This document shows, piece by piece, positions 1 through 10,583 of a stretch of 64,000 bases of DNA. Source of the DNA: an uncultured Planctomycetota bacterium (GTDB lineage Bacteria > Planctomycetota > Planctomycetia > Isosphaerales > Isosphaeraceae); contig CAVTTN010000002.1 of NCBI GenBank assembly GCA_963737655.1, forward strand, positions 3,744,001 to 3,808,000, in the 5' to 3' direction. Within the stretch, counting starts at the first letter, position 1, and every line of letters begins with the position of its first letter. Under the pieces are notes generated by a model that was not told the DNA's origin, did no database searches, and saw only the letters and a list, made by a program, of their open reading frames with translations. A program made the position numbers and the translations under genes.

Positions 1-2
1 TC

Positions 3-1703
3 CGCGAGGACGTCCTCGATCGGGTCGTCTTCCGGGGGGCCGCCCGGCCATGGAAGGCCCTGCCCTCTCGGGCCGTCCCCGCGGGCGAGATCGACGGTGG
101 CCCCGGTTACGTCATCAAGAAGCTGCGATTCGAGGTCGTCCCGGGCCTCTGGATTCCCGCCCTCCTCTACGAGCCGACGGACCTTCGCGGCCGGGTGCCC
201 GTCGTCCTGAACGTCAACGGCCACGACGCCAAGGGCATGGCCGCCGATTACAAGCAATTGCGTTGCATCAACCTGGCGAAGCGAGGAATCCTGGCGCTCA
301 GCCTCGAATGGTTCGGCATGGGCCAATTGAAGGGCAAGGGCTTCTCCCACGGCCTCATCAACGCCATCGACTTGACGGGGACGAGCGGGATCGCCCTGCA
401 TTACCTGGCGATGACCCGGGGGATCGACATTCTTTTGAGTCAACCGAACGCCGATCCGTCGCGAATCGGCGTCACCGGCCTCTCGGGCGGCGGCTGGCAG
501 ACCATCTTCGTCTCCGGGCTCGACCCGCGAGTGACGCTCTCCGACCCCGTCGCCGGCTATTCCAGCTTCTTCACCCGGACTCGCCATCTCGAAGACCTCG
601 GCGACTCCGAGCAGACCCCGTGCGACCTCGGCACGGTCGTCGATTACACGCACCTGACCGCCCTGAGGGCCCCGAATCCCACCCTCCTGACGTTCAATGC
701 GAAGGACAATTGCTGCTTCGCCGCCCCCCACGCCCTCCCGCCTCTCCTGGAGGCCGCCGGCCCGGTCTTCCGCCTGTTCGGCCGGGAAGGGAACCTGCGG
801 AGCCACGTGAACCTCGTCCCCGGCACCCACAATTACGAGAGGGACAACCGCGAGGCCCTCTATCAGATGATCGCCGACCATTGGTCCTCGACGGCTCAGC
901 CCTTCAACCCCCGCGAGGTCCCTTCGGAATCCGAGATCCGCACGCCGGAGGCCCTGAAGGTGGACCTCCCGGCCGAGAATCTCGACTTCCGCAAGCTGGC
1001 GATCGCCCTCGGCCACGGGCTCCCGAACCATGCTTCGCCCGCCTCCGCCGAAGGCCAGGCCCGGCTCCGGGGGATCGTCCGCCCGTTCGCCCCGCCGGCC
1101 TCGGCCCGAAAGCTCGGCGAGGACCGCTCGGGCGAACTCCTCGTGAGCTTCTGGACCCTGAAGGTCGGCACGTCGTGGACCGTCCCGGCCGTCGAGATCT
1201 CCCGAGGGGAGCCGTCGAAGACCGCCTTGCTGATCTCCGATACCGGCCGGAAGTCGGAGGCGGCCCATGCGAGGGCGTTGATCGAAGACGGCTATCGGGT
1301 CGTGGCGATCGACCCCTTCTATTTCGGCGAGGGCAAGGTCGCGGAGCACGATTACCTGTTCGCCCTGATGCTCGGGACGGTCGGCGAACGCCCCCTCGGA
1401 ATCGAGGCAGGCCAGGTGATCGCGGCGGCCCGTTGGCTCTCGGCACGGGACGGCCGCCCGCCGGTCGTGGCAACGAGCGGCCCCCGGACCGCCCTGATCG
1501 GCCTGACGGCCGCCGCGTTGGAGCCGAAGGCCATCGCGGGCGTCGAGACGTTCACTCCGCCGACGAGCTTCGCCGACCTCCTGGAAAGCGGCCAGGAATT
1601 CTCGGCCCGGCCCGAGGCATTCTGCTTCGGACTCTTCGAAGCGTTCGAGGTCAAGGACATCGCCGGTCTCGTCGCGCCAGGGGCCGTCCGTGAGCGGAAA
1701 TGA
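3..1703 (+). CDS. Alpha/beta hydrolase, acetyl xylan esterase-like (5'-truncated by the window edge)
   Basis: The frame of ORF 195..1703 is open from base 3 (REDVLDRVVFRG...KKLRFEVVPGLWIPALLYEP). Nucleophile motif GVTGLSGGG; a second degenerate hydrolase half lies at the C-terminus. Confidence 0.75.
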   Translation, partial: REDVLDRVVFRGAARPWKALPSRAVPAGEIDGGPGYVIKKLRFEVVPGLWIPALLYEPTDLRGRVPVVLNVNGHDAKGMAADYKQLRCINLAKRGILALSLEWFGMGQLKGKGFSHGLINAIDLTGTSGIALHYLAMTRGIDILLSQPNADPSRIGVTGLSGGGWQTIFVSGLDPRVTLSDPVAGYSSFFTRTRHLEDLGDSEQTPCDLGTVVDYTHLTALRAPNPTLLTFNAKDNCCFAAPHALPPLLEAAGPVFRLFGREGNLRSHVNLVPGTHNYERDNREALYQMIADHWSSTAQPFNPREVPSESEIRTPEALKVDLPAENLDFRKLAIALGHGLPNHASPASAEGQARLRGIVRPFAPPASARKLGEDRSGELLVSFWTLKVGTSWTVPAVEISRGEPSKTALLISDTGRKSEAAHARALIEDGYRVVAIDPFYFGEGKVAEHDYLFALMLGTVGERPLGIEAGQVIAAARWLSARDGRPPVVATSGPRTALIGLTAAALEPKAIAGVETFTPPTSFADLLESGQEFSARPEAFCFGLFEAFEVKDIAGLVAPGAVRERK

Positions 1704-1831
1704 CGCCGGCGCCGCACGATCTCCGGCCCGCTCCTCCGCGCCCCCCGATTCGACGGCTTGACGCCGGCCCCCTCTTGCTTATGATAGACGGGAACGTTCC
1801 TCGATCCCCGCCCTCGCCAGGTCGCCCGCCC

Positions 1832-2209
1832 GTGCGATCCTTCCTCTCGCTGATCTTGATCGGTTTGCTCGCGACGTGCCCGATCGTGTGCGGGACCGCA
1901 CACGCCGGGTCCGAGGGCGGTGGCCATGCCTCGGGCCACGATCACGGGTCGTCTCCCCTGCCGGCGCCGGCCAACGACGACAATTGCCTGTGCGCCGGGG
2001 CCCTGAAGGCGCTCGACTCGCTCGCCGGCCTCGACCATTTCGATCCCTCCGGCCTCCCCCAGCCGTTCGATTCGCCGTTCGGCCTGGTCGAATTGATCTC
2101 GCCCCTGGTCCTCGAAGACCCCGCCGCCGTCGCATTCTTCGAGAGGGCCTCCGCCGCCGGAGACCCGGGCCCCCGTGCGCACGGCGCGATCCTGCGCTGC
2201 CAGATCTCA
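1832..2209 (+). CDS. Small Cys/His-rich exported or leader protein upstream of the metal efflux genes (3' end uncertain)
   Basis: GTG at 1832 gives a hydrophobic N-terminus (RSFLSLILIGLLATCPIVC), HASGHDH and PAPANDDNCLC. No in-frame stop until 3235; the protein-like sequence ends near LRCQI at about 2206. Confidence 0.5.
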
Positions 2210-2390
2210 CTCCGGATCGCGATGCCCCGCGCGGCCGCCCTCTCGGGAGGCTCGTCGCGGGCCGATGTCTCGCCGTCCTCTCGTTGTCCGAGAGCGTGGC
2301 AACGGCCGCCGAACTCGTTTGGCGATCGCAGACGCCGGTCGGGCCGCTCATGGCCCGGTCATTTCGAGCTCGAGAGTGGGAGATCCCTCC

Positions 2391-3728
2391 ATGAGACGGT
2401 TCCTCGTCGTCGGGGCCTTCGCGGTCGTCGTCATCGCCGCCGGCAGCTTCTTCGCCGCCCTGAAGTACCGTCCCGCCTTGCTGCCGTCCTGGGCCCGCGC
2501 CCCGTTCGAGAAGTCCGAGGCCTCGGCCGACGACTCCTCGACCGAGACGCCCGACGTCTCGTCCCTGGAAGACGCCCCGGACGACGGCTATTGCGCCCAT
2601 GCCGGCAAGACCTCGGCCGAAGGCTGCAAGCCCTCCCTGCCCACCGTCCGGCTCGATTCGAAGGAGACCGCCGCCGAGATCGGCCTGAGGGTCGCGGCGG
2701 CCGAATCGCGCGAGGTGGGCCCGACCGTCTCGGGAAATGCGGAGATCACCTACGCATCTCACGATTATGCTCATGTCACGTCCCGGGTCAACGGCCGGGT
2801 CTCGGCCGTCCCGGCCGACGAGGGGCAAATCGTCACGGCCGGTCAGGTCCTGGTCGTGGTCGATTCCGCCGAGGTCGGCACGGCCAAGGCGCAATACCTG
2901 TCGCTCGTGCCGGTCGCGCAGCTCGCCCGCGACAATTACGATCGATTCGCGAAGCTCGAAGCCTCGGGCGCCGAGGCGAAGCGGACCGTGATCGCGGCGA
3001 AATCCGACCTGAACCGGGTCGAGGCGGACCTCATGAAGGCCCGCCAGCAGCTCCTGAACCTCGGCTATACCGACAAGAGGATCGCCGAGATCGAGAAGAC
3101 CCGCGACACCTCGAACTTCATCGAGGTGCTTGCGCCGATGGACGGCACGCTGGTCGAGAGGCACGCGATCATCGGCGAGGCCGTCGGCCCACCGAGCGGC
3201 CTGGTGACGACCCAGCAAATGAACTCTCTTTTTGAGATCACCGATCTTCACCACCTCTGGTGCTGGGTCGACGTGTATGAGGCCGACGTCCCGTCCGTGA
3301 GGGTCGGCCAGCCGATGAGGTTCACCATCTCCGGGACGGAGTCGCCGGTCTTCTCGGGCCACGTCGAGCTGATCGGCTTCGCCGTGAACCCGGCGACGAG
3401 GACCGTCCGCGTCCGGGCCGAGGTCGAGAACATCGACGGCCGGCTCCGCGCGAACCAGTTCGGCCGCGGGGTGATCCAGGTCGGCCCGAAGCGGAAGGCC
3501 GTGGTCGTGCCGAGGGAAGCCGTCCAGAACGACGGTGCGGAACAGTTCGTCTTCCTCCCCAGGGACGACGGCCTCCGCTTCCGGACCCAGAGGGTCACCA
3601 CGCGAAAGATCGACATCCCGGGACTGGTCGAGATCTCGTGGGGCCTGGAGCCGGGGTCGTCGGTCGTGACCACCGGGTCCTTCCTTCTCAAGAGCGAGCT
3701 GTTCAAGGCGAGCCTCGGCGGAGAGTGA
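2391..3728 (+). CDS. RND efflux periplasmic adaptor (CzcB/CusB family)
   Basis: N-terminal TM anchor; lipoyl-like VTSRVNGRV..EGQIVTAGQVL; WCWVDVYEADV; VNPATRTVRVRAEVEN; lies directly upstream of a CzcA-like gene. Confidence 0.9.
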   Translation: MRRFLVVGAFAVVVIAAGSFFAALKYRPALLPSWARAPFEKSEASADDSSTETPDVSSLEDAPDDGYCAHAGKTSAEGCKPSLPTVRLDSKETAAEIGLRVAAAESREVGPTVSGNAEITYASHDYAHVTSRVNGRVSAVPADEGQIVTAGQVLVVVDSAEVGTAKAQYLSLVPVAQLARDNYDRFAKLEASGAEAKRTVIAAKSDLNRVEADLMKARQQLLNLGYTDKRIAEIEKTRDTSNFIEVLAPMDGTLVERHAIIGEAVGPPSGLVTTQQMNSLFEITDLHHLWCWVDVYEADVPSVRVGQPMRFTISGTESPVFSGHVELIGFAVNPATRTVRVRAEVENIDGRLRANQFGRGVIQVGPKRKAVVVPREAVQNDGAEQFVFLPRDDGLRFRTQRVTTRKIDIPGLVEISWGLEPGSSVVTTGSFLLKSELFKASLGGE

Positions 3729-3813
3729 CGCTCCGCCCCCGAAAATCGCCGGGAGGGGGCCGGATTCGCCCCCGAGGACTCGACTTCACCGCCCACTCGA
3801 CCCGAGACGACTC

Positions 3814-6800
3814 ATGCTCAACGCCCTGATCGGCTTCAGCCTCCGCAACCGCTTCGTCGTCCTCCTCGCCGCCGCGTTGCTGATCTACATCGGCGTGAAG
3901 TCCGCGCTGGAGCTGCCGCTCGACGCCTTCCCCGACACCACGCCCAACCAGGTCCAGATCAACGCGGTGGCCCCCGCGCTGTCGCCCGAGGAGATCGAGC
4001 GGCAGGTCACGTACCCGGTGGAGCTGTCCCTCGGAGGGCTGAAGGGGCTGAGCGAGGTCCGCTCGGTGTCCAAGTTCGGCCTCTCGCAGGTCGTGGCGAT
4101 CTTTGATGACGACGTGGACATCTATTTCGCCCGCCAGCAGATCAACGAGAGGCTGGGCGACCTGCAACTCCCGTCCGGGATCGCCAAGCCGGTGATGGGG
4201 CCGGTCGCCACCGGGCTGGGCGAGGTCTACCACTACTATCTTTCCAGCGACACCCTGGACCTCATGGAGCTCCGCACCCTCCACGATTGGGTGGTCCGCC
4301 CCCGGCTCCGCCGGGTCGCGGGGATCGCCGAGGTCAACACCCTCGGCGGCCTGGCGAAGCAGTATCAGGTGCTCGTCGAACCCGACAAGCTCGCCAAGTA
4401 CACGCTCACCCTCGACGACGTGATCAAGGCGCTCAACGACAACAACGAGAACGTCGGCGGAGGCCCCGTCGATCGCGCGGGCGAGACCTATCTGGTCCAG
4501 GGGATCGGCCTCGCCAGGTCGATCGACGAGATCGCCGGGATCGTGATCACCACGAAGGACGGCATCCCGATCCGCATCCGAGACATTGGCGCGGTGGACC
4601 TCGGCTCGGCGATCCGCCGGGGCGGCACCACGGCCGACGGCAAGGGCGAAGTGGTCCTCGGCCTCGCCTTCATGAGGATGGGCGAGAATTCCCGAGACGT
4701 GACGATGGCCATCGAGGAGGCCATGAAGGACGTCCGCCGCCTCCTGCCGAAGGAGGCGAAGGTCACCGTCGTCTACCGCCGGACGGACCTCGTCAACCAC
4801 GTCCTGGAGACCGTCGAGCGCAACCTGTTCGAAGGGGCGGTCCTGGTGATCGCCGTCCTGTTCGCCTTCCTCGGCAACCTCCGCGCGGGGATCATCGTCG
4901 CCAGCGCCATCCCGCTGTCGATGCTGTTCGCCGTGACGATGATGCAGAAGGTCGGCATCGCCGGCAGCCTGATGAGCCTGGGCGCGATCGACTTCGGCCT
5001 GGTCGTGGACAGCTCCGTGGTGATGGTCGAGAACTGCGTCCACCACCTCGCCCACCAGGAGCGAGGCAAGACGAAGCTGGACATCGTCGAGGAGGCGGCC
5101 GTGGAGGTCCGCAAGCCGACGATGTTCGGCGAGCTGATCATCATGATCGTCTATCTGCCGATCTTGACGCTTCAAGGCGTCGAGGGGAAGCTGTTCCGGC
5201 CGATGGCGCTCACCGTGGTCTTCGCCCTCGCGGCGTCGATGGTGCTCTCGCTCACGCTGATGCCCGTCCTCGCCTCGCTCGGGCTCCAGCGCGGCGACAA
5301 GGACAAGAAGACGATCGTCGATCGGATCTTCCTGGCGATCTATCGGCCGGTCCTCCACGTGGCGATGAAATTCCCGGTTTTGACCCTCCTCGGGGTGCTC
5401 TCGTTGACGATCGGGACGACGCTCCTGGGCTTCACGCTCGGTTCGGAATTCATCCCCAGGCTGAGCGAGGGGACGCTCGTCTTCAACACGATCCGGCTGG
5501 CCAGCGTCAGCCTGGACGAATCCCAGCGTTACGGCACCAGGATCGAAGAAATCATCAAGAAAAAATTCCCCGACGAGGTCGAGCACACCTGGACCCGAAC
5601 CGGGACCGCCGAGGTCGCCACCGACCCGATGGGCCTCGAAACCAGCGACGTGTTCGTCTCCCTCAAACCCCGGAGCCAGTGGAAGCGGGCGAAGACGCAG
5701 GAACAGCTCGTCGAGGAGATGGCGAAGGTCACCGAGGCCCTGCCCGGGATGGTCGCCGTGTTCAGCCAGCCCATCGAGCAACGGATCAACGAGATGATCG
5801 CCGGCATTCGCGCCGACCTCGGCGTGAAGCTGTTCGGCGATGACCTGGACGTCCTCAAGGCCAAGGCGGCCGAGATCGAACGAGTCCTGAAGAGGATCCC
5901 GGGCGCCGCCGACGTGGCGGCCGAACAGATCACGGGATTGCCCGTCTTGAAGGTCGAAGTCGATCGCCAGGCGGTCTCGCGATACGGGGTCTCGACCCGT
6001 CAGGTCCTCGACGCCGTGGCGGCCGTCGGCGGCATCCAGGTCGGCGAGATCCGCGAGGGGGAGCGGCGGTTCCCCCTCGTCGTCAGGCTCCCGGAGCACG
6101 ACCGCAGCGACCCCGCGAGCCTCGAATCGATCCTCATCACCACCGCCGATGGCCAGCGCCTGCCGATCACCCGACTCGCCCGATTCGAGACGAGAGAAGG
6201 CCCGTCCACGATCCAGAGGGAATGGGGCAAGCGGCGGATCGTGGTGCAGGCGAACGTCCGAGGCCGGGACGTCGGCTCGTTCGTCGCCGACGCCCAGAAG
6301 GCGATCGCGGAGAAGGTCCAGCCCGGCCTGCCTCGGGGCTACACGATCGAATGGGGCGGCCAGTTCGAGAACATGATCCGCGCCGAGAAACGGCTGTGGC
6401 TGGTCGTGCCTCTGGCCCTGGTGCTGACGCTCAGCTTGCTCTATCTGACGTTCTCGTCGGTCCGCGACGCCCTGATGATCTTCAGCGGGGTCCTGTTCGC
6501 GAGGGTCGGCGGGGTGATCGGCCTGTACCTCACGAATCAGCCGTTCACGATCTCGGCGGGCGTCGGGTTCGTGGCCCTGGCGGGCGCCTCGATGCTCGAA
6601 GGATTGGTGCTGGTCAGCGCCATCCGGGACCGGATGACCCACGGGATGGGCAAGAAATCCGCGATCGAAGACGCCGCGATGGCCAGGCTCCGGCCCGTCC
6701 TCATGACGGGCACCGTCGCCTCGCTCGGGTTCGTCCCGATGATGCTCTCGACCGGCATCGGCGCCGAGGTCCAGCGCCCTCTGGCCACGGTGGTCGTCTT

Positions 6801-7005
6801 CGGCATGGCCTGCGACACCTTCCTGACCATGCTCGCCCTGCCGTCGCTCTACCTCCTCTTCGGCAAGGACCTCCGAACCGGCTCGCCGGCCGGAGGACAT
6901 CCCGAGGACGGCCAGGCCGAAAACCAACCCCGCAGCGCGACGAACGGCGACCACGCCGCTCCTCCCGCGAAGGAGATCGGAGCGGTCCCGAGCCTCAGTC
7001 CGTGA
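3814..7005 (+). CDS. czcA: Heavy-metal RND efflux permease, CzcA/CusA family (CzcA-like)
   Basis: 1063 aa; LPLDAFPD; TM4 motif AIDFGLVVDSSVVMVEN (CzcA-type DFG..D...EN); RLRPVLMT; GAEVQRPLATVV. Confidence 0.9.
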   Translation: MLNALIGFSLRNRFVVLLAAALLIYIGVKSALELPLDAFPDTTPNQVQINAVAPALSPEEIERQVTYPVELSLGGLKGLSEVRSVSKFGLSQVVAIFDDDVDIYFARQQINERLGDLQLPSGIAKPVMGPVATGLGEVYHYYLSSDTLDLMELRTLHDWVVRPRLRRVAGIAEVNTLGGLAKQYQVLVEPDKLAKYTLTLDDVIKALNDNNENVGGGPVDRAGETYLVQGIGLARSIDEIAGIVITTKDGIPIRIRDIGAVDLGSAIRRGGTTADGKGEVVLGLAFMRMGENSRDVTMAIEEAMKDVRRLLPKEAKVTVVYRRTDLVNHVLETVERNLFEGAVLVIAVLFAFLGNLRAGIIVASAIPLSMLFAVTMMQKVGIAGSLMSLGAIDFGLVVDSSVVMVENCVHHLAHQERGKTKLDIVEEAAVEVRKPTMFGELIIMIVYLPILTLQGVEGKLFRPMALTVVFALAASMVLSLTLMPVLASLGLQRGDKDKKTIVDRIFLAIYRPVLHVAMKFPVLTLLGVLSLTIGTTLLGFTLGSEFIPRLSEGTLVFNTIRLASVSLDESQRYGTRIEEIIKKKFPDEVEHTWTRTGTAEVATDPMGLETSDVFVSLKPRSQWKRAKTQEQLVEEMAKVTEALPGMVAVFSQPIEQRINEMIAGIRADLGVKLFGDDLDVLKAKAAEIERVLKRIPGAADVAAEQITGLPVLKVEVDRQAVSRYGVSTRQVLDAVAAVGGIQVGEIREGERRFPLVVRLPEHDRSDPASLESILITTADGQRLPITRLARFETREGPSTIQREWGKRRIVVQANVRGRDVGSFVADAQKAIAEKVQPGLPRGYTIEWGGQFENMIRAEKRLWLVVPLALVLTLSLLYLTFSSVRDALMIFSGVLFARVGGVIGLYLTNQPFTISAGVGFVALAGASMLEGLVLVSAIRDRMTHGMGKKSAIEDAAMARLRPVLMTGTVASLGFVPMMLSTGIGAEVQRPLATVVVFGMACDTFLTMLALPSLYLLFGKDLRTGSPAGGHPEDGQAENQPRSATNGDHAAPPAKEIGAVPSLSP

Positions 7006-7073
7006 GGCTCGGGAGCGAGACCTGACCGGCCATCGGTCGTCGCCATCCCGGCGAATCGACCCGCAAACGTCCT

Positions 7074-10000
7074 CTACTGCCCTGCCGGGTCCGCCGCGGC
7101 TGGGTCGGTCTTCGAATTCGCAAGGAACTCGATCACGTCGCGGAGCTCCCTCGGCGACAGGTTCTTGATCGTTTCGGGGGGCATCGCCGACGCACCGCGC
7201 CGGGTTTCGTCGATCTCCGTCCGGGGGATCGTCCGGAGCTTCCCCTCGGGGGTCATGAGCCGGATCGAATGATCATCCTGGCTCTTGACGATCCCGGCGA
7301 GCGTCTGGCCGTCCTTCGTGGCGACGATCAGCGTCTCGAATCCCTGGGCGATCTGCTTGTCGGGCAGGACGATCGATTCGAGAAGGTACGCGCGATCCTT
7401 CTTGCCGCCGATCCCGGTCAGGTCGGGGCCGACCTGCCCTCCCTGGCCGTCGATCGTGTGGCATCGGAGGCATTGCACCTCCGCCTTTTCGCGGAAGACC
7501 CTGCCACCCTTCGCCGGATCGCCCCCCACGAGGGCGTCGCGATAGGGGGCGAGCGGATCATCGGCCGCCTTCTTCGCGTCGTACTTCGCGAGGCCCGCCC
7601 TGATCGCCTCGTCCGACCTCTTCATCGCCGCTTCGATCAGGTCGAGCCGGGCCTCGGGCGGCACCTCTCCGGCGTTCAGCCTCTCGACCCATCGGGCGAG
7701 CAGCTTGTCGGCCTTTTCCCCCGGAATGGTACCTAGAGTGGCGAAGGCGCCTTGCTTCTCGGCGATCGGCCCGTGATCGAGGATACCGTGGATGGCGTCG
7801 ATCGCGGCATCGCGGTCGATTCCCGCCAGGGCACGAACGGCCTCGACGCGGACCGGCACCGACTCACTCTTCGCCGCCAGCTTGGAGACGTCCCCCAACT
7901 TTTCATCGCGGAGTGCGGCGAGGGCCCGGAGCGCCTCGACCCTCGCGTCGCTCGGCTGGGACGCATCGGCGACGACCGCCCGCAACGCCGGCCCGGCCCC
8001 GGTCAGCCCGAGCTTGCCGGCGGCCTCCGCGGCGGCCTTGCGGACCTTCTCCGGCGCCGTCCTCAGCAGACCATCGAGCGACGAGGCCAGGGCCGCGACG
8101 GCCGGGGCGCCCGGCCGTTCGGGCAAGGCCCGGGCGAGTCCCGAGATCGGATGTCGCGGGCTGGGCTTCGCCCACGAGGCGAGGAGATGCAGGGCCTCCA
8201 CGCGGATCGACTCGGGGACGTCGTTCCGGGACGCAATCGAGGTTAACGCCTTCGGATCGCCCGGCCCGCCGTTCCCCTCGCAGGCCCACAAGACACGCCT
8301 CCACAGCGGCTCCGACAGGTTCGAACGCCCCGAGAGGCTCGCCAGCCGGGGGACGAGGTCCCGGAAGGCCTCGGCGCCGTTCGTTTCGGCGATGCACCGG
8401 GCCGCTTCCAGGACGATGGCCGGGTCGGGATCATCCAGGAACCGCCCGACGTCCGCCCCCCTCGTCCATCGGCCCAGGACGAGGCAGACCGCCATCCGGA
8501 CGGCCGGGGAGTCGTCGCCGATCAGCCCTCGGATCGCAAAGAAGGCCTCCTTCGACCTCTGCCCGGCGAGCGCCCGGACCGCGGCGTGGCGGAAGTAGGG
8601 GTCGTTGCCGTCGGAAGTCCTCAGGAGTTCGGCCACCATGCCGACGACGTCCCCGCCGTGATTCCCGTTGATCAAATCCAGGGATTGCCCCCCGTGAATC
8701 CCCATCAACGCGAAGAAACGGACGCGGGGGCTGGGGTCCTTCAGGAGCGAAGCCAGCTCGGATTCGGTCAGGATGCGCTCCTCGGAAAACGCCTTCGCCG
8801 CCTGGGCCCGGATCTCGGCATCCTGGTCCTTCAACAGGGACCGGAGGGCCTCCATCCACTGTTTCCTCGCCCCGGGGAGGCGGCGGACGACCTGGCCGAT
8901 GCCCCAGATCGCGTGGAGTCGGGCGACTTGCGATTTTCCTTCGACGGCCGTCGAGCGGAACGCCTCGAAGGCGTCGCGGAACGTCATTTCTTCCTTCGGG
9001 CCGGCCTTCTTCTCGTAGGCCCGGTGGGCTGCGATCGCCCTCGACGCCAGGGCGAACTGGCTCTCTTGCCGGACCCTCATGTCCGGATGAGAGAGCAACT
9101 TCGCGAGGTCGCTCGTGGCCTTCCCGTCGAACCCTTCCGCGAACAGCGTCTTGACCTGGGCCACGATCGGGTCGGTCGCGGAGGCCGGGTCGGTCAGCTT
9201 CCAGATCCGGCCCTTGCCGGTCTTGTTCCAGCCTTCCACCCAGTCGCTCACGTAGAGCGATCCATCGAGGCCGAAATCGCAATCGGTGGCTTCCAGGCCC
9301 CAGAAGAACTCCTTGGAGTCGATCAGCTCGAACGCCGGCCCCTTCGGTCTCACGCCGAACGAGCGGACCCCGCTCGACCCGCTGCTCCCCCGGAAATCCG
9401 CCAGGAAGAAGCGGTTTCGCTGCTCCTTGCCGAGTCCCGTGCCGGGGTTGTAGACCAGGCCCGAGGGGCCGTCGCTGAGGTTGGCGATCGGCGGGAGGAT
9501 GTAAGCGGCCTGGCCGTCCCAGGCGGGATGCCACATCTTTTCCGAGTTCCAGATGCCCCGGCTGTTCGGCGATTCGATGTACTGATAGCCGATCCGCCAG
9601 CCGCTGTCGCCGCCCTCGACCACCCACACCAGCCGGGCGCGGTCGCCCCCGTCGGAGTTGTTGTCCACGGTGAAGAGGTCGCCGGTCTCGGTGAAGGCCA
9701 GCTCCTGCGGGTTCCTCAGGCCCGTGGCGATGATTTCCATCTTCGAGCCGTCGGGCTCGCACCGGAGGATCGAGCCGCTGTCGAGGTTCTCCAGACGATC
9801 GCCGTCGGCCGTGGTCACGTTCAGGCCGCGATCGCCGATCGAGAAATAGAGGCGGCCGTCGGGCCCGAACTTCAGGCCGTGGAGGTCGTGGCCGAGGAAC
9901 TGGACGTGGACCCCGAAGCCCGTTGCCAGGGATTTCTTCTCGTCCGCCTTGCCGTCGCCGTCGCGATCGCGGAGGAGCCACAGATCGGGAATACAGGTGA

Positions 10001-10532
10001 AATAGACGTCCCCTTTCCTCGCCAGGACGCCCGCTGCGAGTCCGTCGGCGGGGTCGTTGAAGCCGGTGGCGAACACGGAGTCGTGATCGGCCTTGCCGTC
10101 GCCGTCGCGGTCCTCGATCAGGCGGATTCGGTCGTGATCGACCCCATATCTCTGGAATTCCTTCGCGCTCAGATATTTCTTGTACATGGCCACGCGATCG
10201 GCGACGGTCCGCGTCGCCAGGTCGGCGTCGAGCCAGTTCATGTGATTGCGGGTATCGGTCACGCCGTCGTGGAGCCGGAACGTCTCGACGACGTAGAACC
10301 GGCCTTTCTCGTCGATCGAGAACGCCACGGGATTCGCGACCATCGGCTCGGCGGCGAACGGAGAGACCGTCATCCCTCTCGGGACGCGGAATGCTTTCAT
10401 CGCCTGCGAAGGCTCCTCGGTCGCCTTGACCACCTGGGGCTTGTACGACTCATCCTGGGCCGGGGCGAGCGGGCCAGACGCAAGGGCGGCCACCGCCGCG
10501 ACGGCGTGAACGAGGCAAGACATTCGGGGCAT
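7074..10532 (-). CDS. PVC-type heme-binding CxxCH protein (GSDH-like propeller, HEAT repeats, cytochrome c)
   Basis: Signal peptide; FAAEPMVANPVA, DRDGDGKAD, GLRNPQELAF; HEAT-like repeats; C-terminal CLRCH...GPDLTGIG...SAMP. Confidence 0.9.
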   Translation of the reverse strand: MPRMSCLVHAVAAVAALASGPLAPAQDESYKPQVVKATEEPSQAMKAFRVPRGMTVSPFAAEPMVANPVAFSIDEKGRFYVVETFRLHDGVTDTRNHMNWLDADLATRTVADRVAMYKKYLSAKEFQRYGVDHDRIRLIEDRDGDGKADHDSVFATGFNDPADGLAAGVLARKGDVYFTCIPDLWLLRDRDGDGKADEKKSLATGFGVHVQFLGHDLHGLKFGPDGRLYFSIGDRGLNVTTADGDRLENLDSGSILRCEPDGSKMEIIATGLRNPQELAFTETGDLFTVDNNSDGGDRARLVWVVEGGDSGWRIGYQYIESPNSRGIWNSEKMWHPAWDGQAAYILPPIANLSDGPSGLVYNPGTGLGKEQRNRFFLADFRGSSGSSGVRSFGVRPKGPAFELIDSKEFFWGLEATDCDFGLDGSLYVSDWVEGWNKTGKGRIWKLTDPASATDPIVAQVKTLFAEGFDGKATSDLAKLLSHPDMRVRQESQFALASRAIAAHRAYEKKAGPKEEMTFRDAFEAFRSTAVEGKSQVARLHAIWGIGQVVRRLPGARKQWMEALRSLLKDQDAEIRAQAAKAFSEERILTESELASLLKDPSPRVRFFALMGIHGGQSLDLINGNHGGDVVGMVAELLRTSDGNDPYFRHAAVRALAGQRSKEAFFAIRGLIGDDSPAVRMAVCLVLGRWTRGADVGRFLDDPDPAIVLEAARCIAETNGAEAFRDLVPRLASLSGRSNLSEPLWRRVLWACEGNGGPGDPKALTSIASRNDVPESIRVEALHLLASWAKPSPRHPISGLARALPERPGAPAVAALASSLDGLLRTAPEKVRKAAAEAAGKLGLTGAGPALRAVVADASQPSDARVEALRALAALRDEKLGDVSKLAAKSESVPVRVEAVRALAGIDRDAAIDAIHGILDHGPIAEKQGAFATLGTIPGEKADKLLARWVERLNAGEVPPEARLDLIEAAMKRSDEAIRAGLAKYDAKKAADDPLAPYRDALVGGDPAKGGRVFREKAEVQCLRCHTIDGQGGQVGPDLTGIGGKKDRAYLLESIVLPDKQIAQGFETLIVATKDGQTLAGIVKSQDDHSIRLMTPEGKLRTIPRTEIDETRRGASAMPPETIKNLSPRELRDVIEFLANSKTDPAAADPAGQ

Positions 10533-10583
10533 GGGACGGGCTCGGCAAGGGCCATCGGGCGGAGTTGCGGATGGGCGTCCCGA

